Positions 41,682 through 54,655 are shown, counted from the first letter of the stretch. The stretch is 64,000 bases of DNA from an uncultured Chloroflexia bacterium (GCA_963782015.1 CAWAHY010000003.1:72499-136498), one strand, 5' to 3'. Program-made: numbers and translations. Notes: generated from the sequence alone by a model not told the origin.

Positions 41682-43272
41682 TTGATCTCGATCCGCAGTG
41701 CGCGCCTCGGATCGCGCCTTCCCATTGCCTCCCTGGCGACGCAGGTGCGACGCCATCCGGCCATCGCCCGTGCCCTGATTGCCGGCCTTGCCCTGGCCGT
41801 GGCCGCCGCCATCTCGATCGGCGGCGCCGCACAGGCGGGCCTGACCGCGGTCCTGCCGGCTCCGCCGTCGATCCTGCCCCTCAACGTGGGCGTGGGGGTC
41901 GCCACCGCTGACACGGTGACCCTGTCGTTCACGCACGAGATGGACCGTGCATCGGTCGAGGCGGCCCTCACCATCACGCCGGCTCGCGAGGTCCGGCTCG
42001 CGTGGAGCGCCGACGGGCGCGTCCTGCGCGTGATCCCGATGAGCCTGTGGGCGACCGATCAGCGCTACGCGATCGTCGTCGGCACCGACCGCGCGCGCCG
42101 CCAACGGGGCGCTGCTCGGGGCTCCCGCTCGCTACAGCTTCACCACGCAGACTGCGCCGCGCATCGCCGAGTTCGGCGTCCGCTTCGTGGCCGAGCTGCC
42201 CGGCGGCTCCGCGGCGCTCGACCGAGCGGGGATCGACCCGGCCGGGCCGCCACCGGACGTCGCCTCCGGGGTGAGCGCCGGGACCGCGATCCGGATCGCC
42301 TTCAGCGCACCCATGAACCGCGCCGAGGTGGAGGCCGCCTTCCTCCTCAGCCCCGCGGTGCCGGGCATCTTCAGCTGGAGCGGCAGCGCCATGACCTTCA
42401 CGCCCATCGAGCGGCTGGCCTCGGACGCCCGCTACGCGGTGTCGCTGAGCGGCATCCACGACGCTGCCGGCAACGCCCTCGCCGGGGACGCCTCCTTCTC
42501 GTTCACGACCCGGGCCGGTGCCCAGCTCGTGCAGAGCGCACCGGTGGCCGGCGCCACCAAGGTCAGCGACAAGGAGGTCGTGCTCTGGTTCAGCCAGCCG
42601 GTGGATCCCGACGCGGTCGGCGCCGCCCTCGGGGTGCGCGACCGGACGACCGGCAAGGCGCTGACCGGCAGCCTGGTCTGGAACGCGTCGTCGACCCAGC
42701 TCCGCTTCACCCCGGCCCGCGCCTTCGCGGCCGGCCACCGCATCGACGTGAGCCTGGCCGAGGGGGCAGTCGACGCCGACGGGAACGCGGTGACCGCCAG
42801 CCTGACCTTCAGCACCAAGTCCGCCGCGCGCCCGCGCATCGCCGGGCCCGCCCCGGCGGCGTCGCTGGTGCAGTACGCGCTGAACCAGCTCAACGCCGCG
42901 CGCGCGGCGTACGGTCTGCCGCCGCTGGCCTACTCGAAGGCGATCGAGGCGGTCGCCCTGGCGCATGCCTGGGACCAGGTCACCTACAACTACTTCAGCC
43001 ACACCGGGCGCGACGGGTCGTCGCACGAGGACCGCCTGCGGGCGGCCGGGCTCGGCTTCGGCTGGAACGGCGAGAACCAGTGCATGAACAACAACACGGG
43101 CCGGACGACCACCCAGACCCTCGACTGGTGCCAGTCCCAGTTCATGTCCGAGCCGTACCCCGGGGTGGCCAACCACATCGGCAACATCCTCGGCACGCAC
43201 TACACCAAGGTCGGCATCGGGATCGCCATCCAGGGCGCCAAAGTGATCGTGGTTTGGGACTTCACCGACTGA
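41682..43272 (+). CDS. membrane-anchored/secreted protein with tandem SbsA-type Ig-like domains and a C-terminal CAP/SCP domain; frame interrupted once
   Basis: The N-terminal 136 codons lie in the frame of TTG 41682 (anchor ALIAGLALAVAAAI, first Ig-like repeat ...YAIVVGTD). The rest lies in the frame of ORF 42187..43272, open from ~42091 (ARAANGALLGAPARYSFTT..., repeats ending ..FSFTT / ..LTFST). The CAP-like end is LNQLNAARAAYGLPPL...HAWDQV..NYFSHTG...YTKVGIGIA. Skipping one C at 42089-42090 joins the frames. Confidence 0.7.
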
Positions 43273-43301
43273 TCGGCCGATCCGGAGCGCCGGTTGGCCG
43301 G

Positions 43302-43310
43302 TGCTACACT
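43302..43310 (+). promoter_or_regulatory. extended -10-like element TGcTACACT, 9 nt upstream of topA ATG
   Basis: ggTGcTACACTccctgaccgATG, with no SD in the gap. Confidence 0.35.
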
Positions 43311-43319
43311 CCCTGACCG

Positions 43320-45508
<2,189 letters not shown>

Positions 45509-45516
<8 letters not shown>

Positions 45517-46495
45517 GGCGTCGGTGCTGAGCGGCGATGCCGCGGCGGCCCTGCGGCGCTTCCTCGGCCACCTCGAGAGTCGCAACTCGTCGCCCGGCAC
45601 GATCCGCGAGTACCGGCGCCACGTGGCGCAGTTCTTCGCGTTCCTCGACGCGCGCGGCGTGGCCTGGACCGCGCCGGACCGCGCCACGGTGCGGGCCTAT
45701 CTCGGCACCCTGGCGGAGCGCGGCCTCTCCGCCTCGACCGTCGGCGGCCGGCTGGCGGCGATCCGCTCCCTCTACCGACACGCGGCGCGGCAGGGCTGGA
45801 TCGCGACCGATCCGGTCTCCGGCGTCCGCTCGCCGAAGCGCCCCGGCCGCCTGCCGCGGGTCCTCTCGGTCTCCGGCGCGGCTCGCCTGGTCGAGGCGCC
45901 CGCCACCCTGACCCTCCATCCGCGACGGCGCCGTGACCCCGCCCTCGCCGACGCCGCCGCGCGACGGGACGCCGCCCTGCTCGAGCTGCTGTACGCCACC
46001 GGCATGCGGATCAGCGAGCTGTCGTCGCTGACCATGGATCGCCTCGACCTGGGGCGGCGCCGGCTGCGGGTGATCGGCAAGGGCGATAAGGAGCGGGAGC
46101 TGCTCTTCGGTGAGCACGCGGCGCGCGCCGTGCGTGCGTACCTCGCCTCGGGGCGGCCGGCCCTCGCTGCCCGTGCTCCCCGCCCGAGCGCACAGCTCTT
46201 CCTCAACGGCACCGGCGGCCCGCTCACCGCCCGCGGCGCGCGGATGGTGGTCGAGCGCTGGGTGACCGCGTCGGGGGCGCCGGCCAGCACCTCACCGCAC
46301 ACCCTGCGCCACTCGTTCGCCACGCACCTGCTCGAGGGCGGGGCGGACCTGCGCACGGTGCAGGAGCTGCTCGGCCACGCCAGCCTGGCGACCACCCAGA
46401 TCTACACGCACCTCTCGGACGCCTCGCTGCGCACCGCCTACCGCTCCGCGCACCCACGATCGGGCCGGGCCGCGACCGGCCGCCCGACACGGTGA
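45509..46495 (+). CDS. xerC: tyrosine recombinase XerC/XerD family
   Basis: Start at ATG 45509 (8-nt overlap with topA stop). N-terminal SAM-like domain, then catalytic R..(ATGMRISEL), [27 protein letters not shown] and TQIYTH. Confidence 0.88.
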
Positions 46496-48126
46496 GCGAG
46501 GCGCTCGGCGGGGAGACGCCGCCGGCCGCCGCCGGTCCATCGGTCGCCGGTCCATCAGTCGGCCGAGTGCTGGCCAATGCCAGCCTGATCCTCACCGTCG
46601 CGGCGCTGGCCAGCCGGCTGCTGGGCTGGATCCGGCTGCTGGTGATCGGCTCCCAGTTCGGCGCCACCGCCGACCTCGACGCCTACTTCGCCGCCTTCCG
46701 CATTCCCGACGCCATCTTCCAGCTGGTCGTGGCCGGCGCCCTCTCCGCGGCGCTGATCCCGGTCTTCAGCAGCTACCGCGCCCGCGAGGACGAGAAGGAG
46801 GCATGGCGCCTGGCGAGCAGCGTCATCAACCTGGTGCTGGTCGCGCTCGCCGTCCTCAGCGCGATCATGGCCATCCTGGCGCCGTGGATCGTCCCGATCA
46901 TCGCCCCCGGCTTCGACGGGCCGACCACCGAGAAGACGATCCGCCTGACGCGACTGATGCTGCTCAGCCCGGTCTTCGTGGGCATGGGTGCGGTGGTCTC
47001 GGGGCTGCTCAACAGCTACGGCCGCTTCGGCGTGCCGGCTCTCGCGCCACTGGTCTACAACCTGGCGATCATCGGCGCAGCGGTCGTCCTCGCCCCGACG
47101 CTCGGCGTCGAAGGGCTGGCGATCGGCGTCGTGATCGGCTCCATCCTGCACCTCGCCATCCAGCTGCCCGGCCTGCGCCGGGTCGGACAGGGCTATGACC
47201 TGAGCATCGGGCTGGGACATCCCGGCGTTCGACAGGTGGCGTGGCTGATGGGACCGCGGCTGCTCGGCCTGGCCGCCGGACAACTGAACTTCATCGTCAG
47301 CACGGTGCTCGCCAGCAACCTGGGAGTCGGCAGCGTGACCGCCTACAACTACGCCTTCCAGCTGAGCCAGATCCCGGTGGGGGTGCTGGGCGTGAGCGTG
47401 GCGGTCGCCCTCTTCCCGACCTTCAGCCGCGATGCCGCGCTCGGCCAGATCGCGGAGATCCGTCGTCAGCTGTCGACCAGCCTGCGCATCCTCATCTTCC
47501 TGGCGGCGCCGCTGACCGCGGTCATGATCGTGCTCGCGCGGCCGATCGCCGCGGTCTTCTTCCAGTACGGCCTCTTCTCGAGCGAGGCCGCGGACCGCAC
47601 GGCGAGTGCGCTCGTCTTCTTCAGCATCGGCCTCGCCGGCCATATCGTGGTGCACGTGCTGACGCGTGCCTTCTATGCCATGCAGGACACCCGGGTGCCG
47701 GTCTTCTGGGCGGTGGTGGCGGTGGCGATCAACGTGCCGCTGATGACCATCCTGTCCGGACCGATGGGGGTCGAGGGGCTGGCGCTCGCCCTCTCGATCA
47801 GCGCCACCCTCGAGGTGCTCGGCCTGGTCTGGGCCCTGCGGCGCCGGATCGACTCGATCGACGAGGCCGCGGTGCTCCGCTCCGGAGTGCGCTCGCTGCT
47901 GTCCGCCGCTCTGGCCGCCGCCGTGATGCTCGGCGGACTGCTCGCAATGCAGGCCTGGTCACCCGACCTCCTGGCCGATGGACTTGGTCGGGTGGTGGCG
48001 CTGGTGGTGCTGGTGGGCGCCGGAACGCTCGTCTACCTGGCCGCGGCCGCGCTCCTGCACTCCGAGGAGCTGGGGCAGGTGCGCCGCTACCTCGGCGGCC
48101 GCCGGTGGCGACGGAGGGCGGCGTGA
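46492..48126 (+). CDS. murJ: lipid II flippase MurJ
   Basis: 544 aa. GTGA overlap with xerC. About 14 TM helices with MurJ/MviN blocks ([40 protein letters not shown]). Confidence 0.88.
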   Translation: MSEALGGETPPAAAGPSVAGPSVGRVLANASLILTVAALASRLLGWIRLLVIGSQFGATADLDAYFAAFRIPDAIFQLVVAGALSAALIPVFSSYRAREDEKEAWRLASSVINLVLVALAVLSAIMAILAPWIVPIIAPGFDGPTTEKTIRLTRLMLLSPVFVGMGAVVSGLLNSYGRFGVPALAPLVYNLAIIGAAVVLAPTLGVEGLAIGVVIGSILHLAIQLPGLRRVGQGYDLSIGLGHPGVRQVAWLMGPRLLGLAAGQLNFIVSTVLASNLGVGSVTAYNYAFQLSQIPVGVLGVSVAVALFPTFSRDAALGQIAEIRRQLSTSLRILIFLAAPLTAVMIVLARPIAAVFFQYGLFSSEAADRTASALVFFSIGLAGHIVVHVLTRAFYAMQDTRVPVFWAVVAVAINVPLMTILSGPMGVEGLALALSISATLEVLGLVWALRRRIDSIDEAAVLRSGVRSLLSAALAAAVMLGGLLAMQAWSPDLLADGLGRVVALVVLVGAGTLVYLAAAALLHSEELGQVRRYLGGRRWRRRAA

Positions 48127-49178
48127 CCCGCTTCCGACCCGCGACCCCTGACGACGAGGGCGCCTGGCAGGCGCTGCTGGCCCGGACCACGTCGGGTGAC
48201 TTCCTGCACGACTGGGCCTGGGCTCCCGTAGCCGCGTATGACGGCCAGCCCCAGCGCCGCTTCGTCGTCGACGAGGAGGGTGAGATCGTGGCGTTGGTGG
48301 CGGCCCAGGAACGCCGCCTGCCGCTCCGCCGCGCGTTCTGGTACGTGCCGCACGGCCCCGTCCTGGACTACATGGATCCAAAGGCCGCGGAGCGGCTGCG
48401 CGCGGTGAGCGTCGGTCTGCGGGAGGTGGGTCGCGGCGCCCGGGTCGTGGCCGCCAAGCTCGAGCCACGTATCGAGGCCGATTCGCCCGCCGCCTCGCTC
48501 TTCGCGCGACTGCGCCGGGACCCGCGGCCGGTCCAGGTCGGCCAGACCCGGCTGGTGGAGCTGGTGGATGACGACGCGCTGCTCGCCAGCTTCGACAAGG
48601 ACACTCGCTACGCGGTGCGCCGCTCGTCGCGCGAAGGGGTCACGGTCAACGTCTGCGCCGACGGCTCGGACACCGCTCCCATCGACGCGCTCCACGCCCT
48701 CGTCCTCGACACGCAGCGCCGCGCCGGCTTCCCGCGCCCGCCGCTGGAGCGCTACCGGATCGCCTGGGCCGGACTGGGCGGCGCCGGCCGCGCGTCGATC
48801 CTGGAGGCTCGCCGCGGCGACGAGCTGCTCGCCTCGGGGATGCTGGTGGTCGAGGGCGATCGGTCCTTCTACCTGTTCGCCGGATCCCGCCGCGAGGAGG
48901 CGGGGGAGGCGAAGCACTACGCCAGCTACCTGCTGCAGTGGGAGATGATGCGGCGCGCCCGCGAGCTCGGCAGCCGCACCCACGACCTGTGGGGAATCGC
49001 CCCCGAGGGAGCCGGACCCGAGCACGCCTGGCACGGGGTGGGACTCTTCAAGAAGGGCTTTGGAGGGCGCGTGGTGCACTGGGCCGGCACCTGGGACGTG
49101 GTCGTGGACCCCACCCTCTATCGGCTGCGCGCCGCGGTCGCCATGGCTCGTAACGCGATCCCTCGGCGAGCCCGATGA
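48123..49178 (+). CDS. FemAB-family peptidoglycan branch/bridge aminoacyl-transferase (paralog A)
   Basis: GTG 48123 (GTGA overlap with murJ stop) in the frame of track ORF 47241..49178, whose 5' part is an alternate frame of murJ. Blocks WAWAP, FWYVPHGPVLD, DKDTRYAVRRSSREGVTV and LWGIAP...GLFKKGFGG are typical of FemX/FemAB. Confidence 0.8.
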   Translation: MTRFRPATPDDEGAWQALLARTTSGDFLHDWAWAPVAAYDGQPQRRFVVDEEGEIVALVAAQERRLPLRRAFWYVPHGPVLDYMDPKAAERLRAVSVGLREVGRGARVVAAKLEPRIEADSPAASLFARLRRDPRPVQVGQTRLVELVDDDALLASFDKDTRYAVRRSSREGVTVNVCADGSDTAPIDALHALVLDTQRRAGFPRPPLERYRIAWAGLGGAGRASILEARRGDELLASGMLVVEGDRSFYLFAGSRREEAGEAKHYASYLLQWEMMRRARELGSRTHDLWGIAPEGAGPEHAWHGVGLFKKGFGGRVVHWAGTWDVVVDPTLYRLRAAVAMARNAIPRRAR

Positions 49179-50672
49179 GCACGCCGCGCAGCATGTGGCT
49201 CGGCGAGCTGGCGGACGTGATCGGTCCGGAGCGGGTGGTCGGCGTCCCGGTCGGAGAGGTCACCTCGCTCGCCTACGACTCGCGCGACGCGCATGCCGGC
49301 ACCCTCTTCTTCGCCGTCCCGGGCGACCACGTCGACGGTCACGACTATGTCCTGGAGGCGGTGTCGCACGGTGCGGTTGGCGTGGTGGCGGAGCGCGAGA
49401 CGTACGGGATCAGCGAGCCGCAGCTCATCGTCCATCGCACCCGCGACGCCCTGGCCGATGCCGCGGACGCCTGGTACGGCCGTCCCTCGGAGCGGCTCGA
49501 GGTGATCGGCGTGACCGGCACCGACGGCAAGACCACGACCTCGTACCTGGCCGTGGCCGCCCTTGCAGCGCGGCGGACGCCGGCCGGGGATGATCGGCAC
49601 CGTGGCGGTGCGGGTGGGGGAGGCGCAGCGCTCCAACGAGGACCGCAACACGACCCCCGAGGCGCTCGAGCTGCAGGAGCTGCTGGCCGACATGCTCGCG
49701 GCGGGCAACGACTGCGTGGTGATGGAGGCGACCAGCCACGGCCTGGCCCAATCGCGCGTGCGCAACTGCCGGTTCAAGATCGGGATCGTGACCAACGTGA
49801 CGAGCGAGCACCTCGAGTTCCACGGCACGCTCGACGCGTATCGGGCCGCCAAGGCGATGCTGGTCGAGGAGGCACCGCTCGCCATCCTCAATGCCGATGA
49901 CCCCGCCTTCGGCTACTTCCGCGACCGCGCCCGCGACCGGGTCCTCACCTACGGGACCGATCCCACCGCCGAGATCCGCGCGACCGACATCCAGGGCCGC
50001 GCCGATGGGACGACCTTCACCGTCACCACGCCCGGCTGGAGCGGCGAGGTCCACCTCCAGCTACCGGGGGCGTTCAACGTCCATAACGCGCTGGCCGCGC
50101 TCGCCCTCGCGGAGGCCGAGGGGATCGACATTCCCGTGGCGGCCGCCGCGATCGGCTCCGTGACGGGCGTTCCCGGGCGGATGGAGCGGATCGACGCCGG
50201 TCAGCCATTCGGGGTGGTGGTCGACTACGCACACACCGCCGACTCGCTGGCCAAGGTGCTGCGCACCCTCCGGCCGCTGACCGCGGGGCGGCTGATCGTC
50301 GTCTTCGGCTCGGCGGGGGAGCGGGACCGCGTCAAGCGTCCGGCCATGGGTCGCGTCGCGGCCGAGCTGGCAGACATCGCCATCGTGGCTGACGAGGATC
50401 CGCGCCTGGAGGACCCGCGCCTCATCAACGAGGCGATCGCCGATGGCGCCCGCGCGGCCGGCGCCCGTGATGGCGAGAACCTGTGGGTCATCGACGACCG
50501 GCGCGCGGCGATCGCCCACGCCATCGGCCTGGCACGGTTGGGCGACACGCTGCTGTTGGCCGGCAAGGGGCACGAGGGCAGCATCGTGTACGGCACCACG
50601 AAGGCCTGGTGGGACGAGCGCGAGGTCGCTCGCCGGGAGCTCGCCGCAGCCGGCTTCAAGGCCGATGCCTGA
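49175..50672 (+). CDS. murE: UDP-N-acetylmuramoyl-tripeptide synthetase MurE; frame interrupted once
   Basis: The N-terminal 129 codons lie in ORF 49175.. (…VIGVTGTDGKTTTSYLAVAA). The continuation LQRGGRRPGMIGTVAV...MEATSHGL...TSEHLEFHGT...VVDYAHT...GSAGERD...DEDPR lies in ORF 49563..50672. Skipping one C of CCC 49560-49562 joins them. ATGA overlap with the upstream fem gene. Confidence 0.9.
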
Positions 50673-51726
50673 GCTCGCCGCCTTCCGCGTCACCGATCGC
50701 GACGCGTGGAACGCGTTCGTCGAGCACGCCCCGTATCGCAGCTTCCCGCAGCTGTGGGAGTGGGGCGAGCTGCGCGAGCCCTCCGGCTGGCGGCCGATTC
50801 GCCTCGCGGTGGGGGAGCGCCCCGACCAGCCGCTGGCCGGCGCCCAGGTGCTCATCCGCAAGGTCCCGCTGGTCGGCTGGCGCCTCGGCTACGCCCCGCG
50901 CGGCCCGATCGGCCAGCTCGACGACCCCGCCATCCGCGACGCCCTGATCGCCGCGCTCCGTGACCTGGCCACGACCGAGCGGATCGCCACGCTCAAGGTG
51001 GACCCCGAGGCGACCGCCGACGACCCGCTTGGCGCAGCCCTGCTCGCGCCGCCATGGCGCCGCGCGGCCAAGGTCCAGCCGCCCCGCACCCGGGTCATCG
51101 ACCTGTCGCTGACCGAGGACGACCTCCTCGCCGCCCTGCGCCAGAAGCATCGCCAGTACGTCCACAAGGCGGAACGCGCCGGCGTAACCGTGGAGCAGGT
51201 CGACACCGCCACCGACGCCACGACCGCCCTCGCCGACTTCTATCGCATCTACGCCCACACCGCGCAGCGCGCCGGCTTCGTCGTCCGCGTGCCCGCCTAC
51301 TACGAGCGCGTCTGGCGCCTCTTCGCCCCGACCGGCCACGCCCGTCTCTTCTTCGCCACTCTCGATGGCGAGCGCGTCGCCACCCTCTTCCACTTCACCT
51401 GCGGCGATCGCGCCGCGGAGGCCTACGGCGGCATGACCGATGCCGGCGCCAACTCCCGCGCCAACTACCTGCTCAAGTGGGAGGCGATCCGCGCCTTCCG
51501 CGCCGAGGGCTTCGCGGTCTACGACCTGTGGGGCATCGCCACCGGCGGCATCGCCCAGTTCAAGGAGGGCTTCGGCGGCCGGCGGATCGACTACGTCGGC
51601 GCCCGCGACCTCGCGCTGCGCCCCGCCCAGGACGCCGCGCTCCGCCTGCTGCTTCCCGCCTACGGGATCGCCCAGCGAATGCGCCTGCGCCTGACGGGCC
51701 GTCGCCTCGCCGGCAGCGACGACTAA
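50665..51726 (+). CDS. FemAB-family peptidoglycan branch/bridge aminoacyl-transferase (paralog B)
   Basis: Start at ATG 50665 (8-nt overlap with murE stop). Blocks WEWGE, LGYAPRGPIG, RQKHRQYVHKAERAGVTV, LWGIATGGIAQFKEGFGG. Confidence 0.8.
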   Translation: MPELAAFRVTDRDAWNAFVEHAPYRSFPQLWEWGELREPSGWRPIRLAVGERPDQPLAGAQVLIRKVPLVGWRLGYAPRGPIGQLDDPAIRDALIAALRDLATTERIATLKVDPEATADDPLGAALLAPPWRRAAKVQPPRTRVIDLSLTEDDLLAALRQKHRQYVHKAERAGVTVEQVDTATDATTALADFYRIYAHTAQRAGFVVRVPAYYERVWRLFAPTGHARLFFATLDGERVATLFHFTCGDRAAEAYGGMTDAGANSRANYLLKWEAIRAFRAEGFAVYDLWGIATGGIAQFKEGFGGRRIDYVGARDLALRPAQDAALRLLLPAYGIAQRMRLRLTGRRLAGSDD

Positions 51727-51735
51727 GATCGGGCC

Positions 51736-52095
51736 ATGAAGGCACCTGCGACCATCGACGACTTCCTTGCTGGTCTCCCGGCCGACCAGCGCGCCGCGCT
51801 CGAGGTGCTCCGACGCCAGATCCGCGCCGCCGCCCCCGACGCGGTCGAGGTGATCGCCTATGGGATACCAGGCTTCCGGCTGCATGGCCGGTATCTGCTC
51901 GGCTTCGGGGCGACAGGAAGCACTGCTCGTTCTACTGCGGGACCTGCTTCGCAACTTCGAGGTTGAACTGGCCGGTTACTCGACCTTCAAGGGCACGATT
52001 CACTTCACGCCCGGACATGCCGATCCCACCCAGAGTCGTGAAGGCGATCCTCAAGGCCCGCGTCGCCGACGTCGCACAGCGCGAGACCTCGCTAG
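51736..52095 (+). pseudogene. DUF1801 (YdhG-like) gene with at least three frame disruptions
   Basis: The conserved protein can only be assembled from three frames: MKAPATIDDFLAGLPADQRAALEVLRRQIRAAAPDAVEVIAYGIPGFRLHGRYLLGFGATG, then KHCSFYCG, then DLLRNFEVELAGYSTFKGTIHFTPG, then DMPIPPRVVKAILKARVADVAQRE. Switches lie near 51915, 51940 and 52012. The 3' end is uncertain. Confidence 0.6.
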
Positions 52096-52325
52096 CCGCT
52101 CCCCGAGAAGTCGGTCTCCTTCACGACTCGCCCGTCGCGGTCGTAGGTTCGCCACACCCCGATCTGCTTGCCGCGGTCGAATTCGCCCGCTCGCATCACG
52201 CTGCCGTCCTTGCGCAGGAACTCCCACGCGCCATGCATCTGGCCGTCGAGCCGAAAGCCCCGATAGCGGACGCTGCCGTCGTCGTAGTGGGCGATGTCGA
52301 CCACGGGTTCAGACGAGCGCGACAC
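52092..52325 (-). CDS. MORN-variant repeat protein (YwqK-family-like)
   Basis: 77 aa. GTG start with GGAGG 9 nt upstream. The repeat pattern G..HG.W.F...G......F..GK..G.W..YD.DG.VVKET.F is typical of YwqK/MORN-variant proteins. Confidence 0.6.
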   Translation of the reverse strand: MSRSSEPVVDIAHYDDGSVRYRGFRLDGQMHGAWEFLRKDGSVMRAGEFDRGKQIGVWRTYDRDGRVVKETDFSGSG

Positions 52326-52346
52326 CGCGTTGCGCCTCCAGGGACC

Positions 52347-52812
52347 TCATACGGACCACCGGACGGAAATGTCCAGGTCGGAGATTTGCACATTGAAGGT
52401 CAGGATCACTCCGTACGCGATCCCGATCGCCGGACAGGTGTCCGGCAGCGGTCCCTCAGACACCGCCAATGTGACCGCCTGTCCTTCCTCGGTGATGCGG
52501 AGGCTTGTGTCGCCACAGACGCCGCCCTCCCAGCGCAATTCGAGTGAAGCGGATTCGTCCGGCACCGGATTCCACCAGATCCTCTCCTCGGCAAATGACG
52601 TGTTGGGGTCGGCCCGGATCCCCACCAGCAGCCCTCGTCGTCGTACACGGAGGAGCCGCGATGGTCGCCTAATTCGCCCATGGGAAGGCGCGCCAGGTGT
52701 AACCGGACGACGGCGAGGTCGACGCGGAGGGCGCCGGCGAGGCTGGCCCTCACCCATCAAGGACGAGGACAGCGACAAGCAGCAGGACTCTGAGGATTCT
52801 CTTCCGCCTCAT
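52347..52812 (-). pseudogene. small secreted protein/lipoprotein gene, frame-disrupted
   Basis: ATG 52812 opens a signal-peptide-like MRRKRILRVLLLVAVLVLDG and then hits TGA. Plausible continuation pieces lie in the other two frames (…LPMGELGDHRGSSVYDDEGCWW… and …ADPNTSFAEERIWWNPVPDESASLELRWEGGVCGDTSLRITEEGQAVTLAVSEGPLPDTCPAIGIAYGVILTFNVQISDLDISVRWSV*). The region is visibly lower in GC. Confidence 0.5.
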
Positions 52813-52892
52813 TGATCGTACCGGCGCCCTGGTCTCGGGTTCACGGTGCGGATCGCGCATTGGCTGAAGTCAACGGGTAGGCTTCTCAGCCG

Positions 52893-53952
52893 ATGCCTCC
52901 CATCCTCCGCCGCGCCGACCACATCGACCGCCCCACTGGGACGCGTTCGTCGCCTCTCGCCCGGAGGCCGATCTCCTCCGGAACGTGGGCCTGGGGCGAG
53001 TGCACCGCGCTCGCCGGCGAGCCGCCGGCCCGCATGCTGCTCGATGACGACGGCCAGATCCGCGGCGTCGCCCAGGCCCTCCTCCGCCCAGCCGGCTTCG
53101 GTCGACAGGTGGCCTACGTGCCCCACGGCCCGATCTGGGACCGATCGGCCCCCGATGCCGACCGCCTCTTCGCCTGGCTCCTCCAGGGGCTGCGCACCCT
53201 CGCCCGCAAGGAGAAGGCGCTGGTCGTCAAGCTCGACCCCCGCGCCGAGCCCGGCGACACGACCAACATCGCCGCCCTCGCCACCGCCCACAAGCTCCGC
53301 CCGGCCCCCGACCTCCAGGCTCCCACCACCCGCCTGATCGACCTGCGCGACGGCGCCACCGAGCTCGAGGCCTCCTGGCATCGCCGATGCCCGCCGCCTC
53401 TCCCGTCGCGCCGAGCGCGAGGGCACGCAGGTCACCATCTCCCGCGACCCCGACCCCGCCGAGATCGGCATCCTTCGCGACCTGCTCATCGCCACCGCCG
53501 AACGCGCCGACTTCCGGGTCCGATCAACGGAGTTCCTGACGCGCCTCGGGACCGAGTTCGCCGCATCGGACGACTGGTACCTCGGCATCGCGCGCGTCGA
53601 CGGCACCCCGGTCGCCGCGATGGCCTTCCCGCGCCTCGCCGACCGCGCCTACTACCTCTACGGCGCCCTCCTGCGCGACGAGCGCTACAAGCACCACTAC
53701 CCGGCGCACGCGATCATGGCCAACATGCTCCGCGCCCTCGCCGCCGACGGCTGCACCAGCGTCGACATGTGGGGCGTCACGGAACCGGACGACGCCAAGG
53801 CCGATCCCGCCTGGAAGGGCTTCTCCGACTTCAAGCGCACCTTCGGCGGCACCCCGCTCCGCCACCCCGGCCTCTTCGACCTCGTGACCGATCCCTTCTG
53901 GTATCGCCTGCGAGACCTGGGAGGCTTCCTCCGTGGAATCCGGAAGCCTTGA
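52893..53952 (+). pseudogene. FemAB-family gene (paralog C) with three frame disruptions
   Basis: TAGGCT lies 9 nt upstream of ATG 52893. The family-conserved protein requires frame switches at the C-run 52931-52934 (one base missing: ...HIDRP|HWDAFVASRPEADLLR), at ~52982 (one extra: |TWAWGE...AYVPHGPIWD...ELEASWHR), and at CC 53384-53385 (one extra: |DARRLSRRAEREGTQVTI...MWGV...FKRTFGG...*53952). Confidence 0.7.
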
Positions 53953-53983
53953 CCAGGCGTCACCAATCACCGACCCTCTTGCT

Positions 53984-54508
53984 ATGAGGCGGCGAAGCCG
54001 GTGGCTTCTTGCGCTGGCTCTTGTTACGGCGGTCCTGATAGCAGTGGGCATCTGGTCGAGCCAGTTGCCGCCGGGTGAAAAGGCTGAGCTGCAGGCCGCG
54101 ATTTCGAGCGCAGCCGCGGGAGTCGGTGATGGCGGATTTCTGCAATTGAAGGACGTGGCGACGTTCGAATGGGATCGGGTGTACGCCTTTCAGTCGTATT
54201 CCGGAGTCTCCGACGTGCACGAAGCTCTCGGCTTCGATTGGTCGCCGCTTTCTCCCTTCAACAACCTCGTGTTTGGCGACCTATTTCTCGGGTATGACGA
54301 GATGGCCCTCCTCGTATTCGTTCGTGGAGACCAGGACGTAACCGGGTGGGCCATTCTCAATGGACCCGACCTGGGCGATTCCTTCATCGGACTACGGCTC
54401 AGGTCGCAGAACCAGCAATTCAGTCGGGACGGGGCGGTCTTCGGCGTGTCCGATGCAGCTAGTGACCCGCTAACGGGCATTCGAGGCTGGCTCCTCACTC
54501 CGTCGTAG
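53984..54508 (+). CDS. membrane-anchored hypothetical protein
   Basis: Start at ATG 53984 (MRRRSRWLLALALVTAVLIAVGI...) within track ORF 53933... One N-terminal TM helix plus a ~150-aa domain of natural composition. Locally lower GC. No family recognised. Confidence 0.55.
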   Translation: MRRRSRWLLALALVTAVLIAVGIWSSQLPPGEKAELQAAISSAAAGVGDGGFLQLKDVATFEWDRVYAFQSYSGVSDVHEALGFDWSPLSPFNNLVFGDLFLGYDEMALLVFVRGDQDVTGWAILNGPDLGDSFIGLRLRSQNQQFSRDGAVFGVSDAASDPLTGIRGWLLTPS

Positions 54509-54655
54509 ACCCCTGGAGAAGCGGCGTGGCCGAACGAGGCGAGAGGCGCTCGGTCAGGGCTTCGGAGGAGCATCGAAGGGGAGGCGTGAGGCGGCCGCCC
54601 CGCAGCGCGTTAGCTCGGCCGCGCAAGGGGTGGCCGGCTCGCGCCACAGCTCGCC

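Noticed and set aside
47241-48122. 5' 294 codons of the 645-aa ORF 47241-49178
   Set aside because: This part is an alternate frame of murJ and translates to Arg/Gly/Pro junk. FemAB homology begins only at GTG 48123, which forms a GTGA overlap with the murJ stop.
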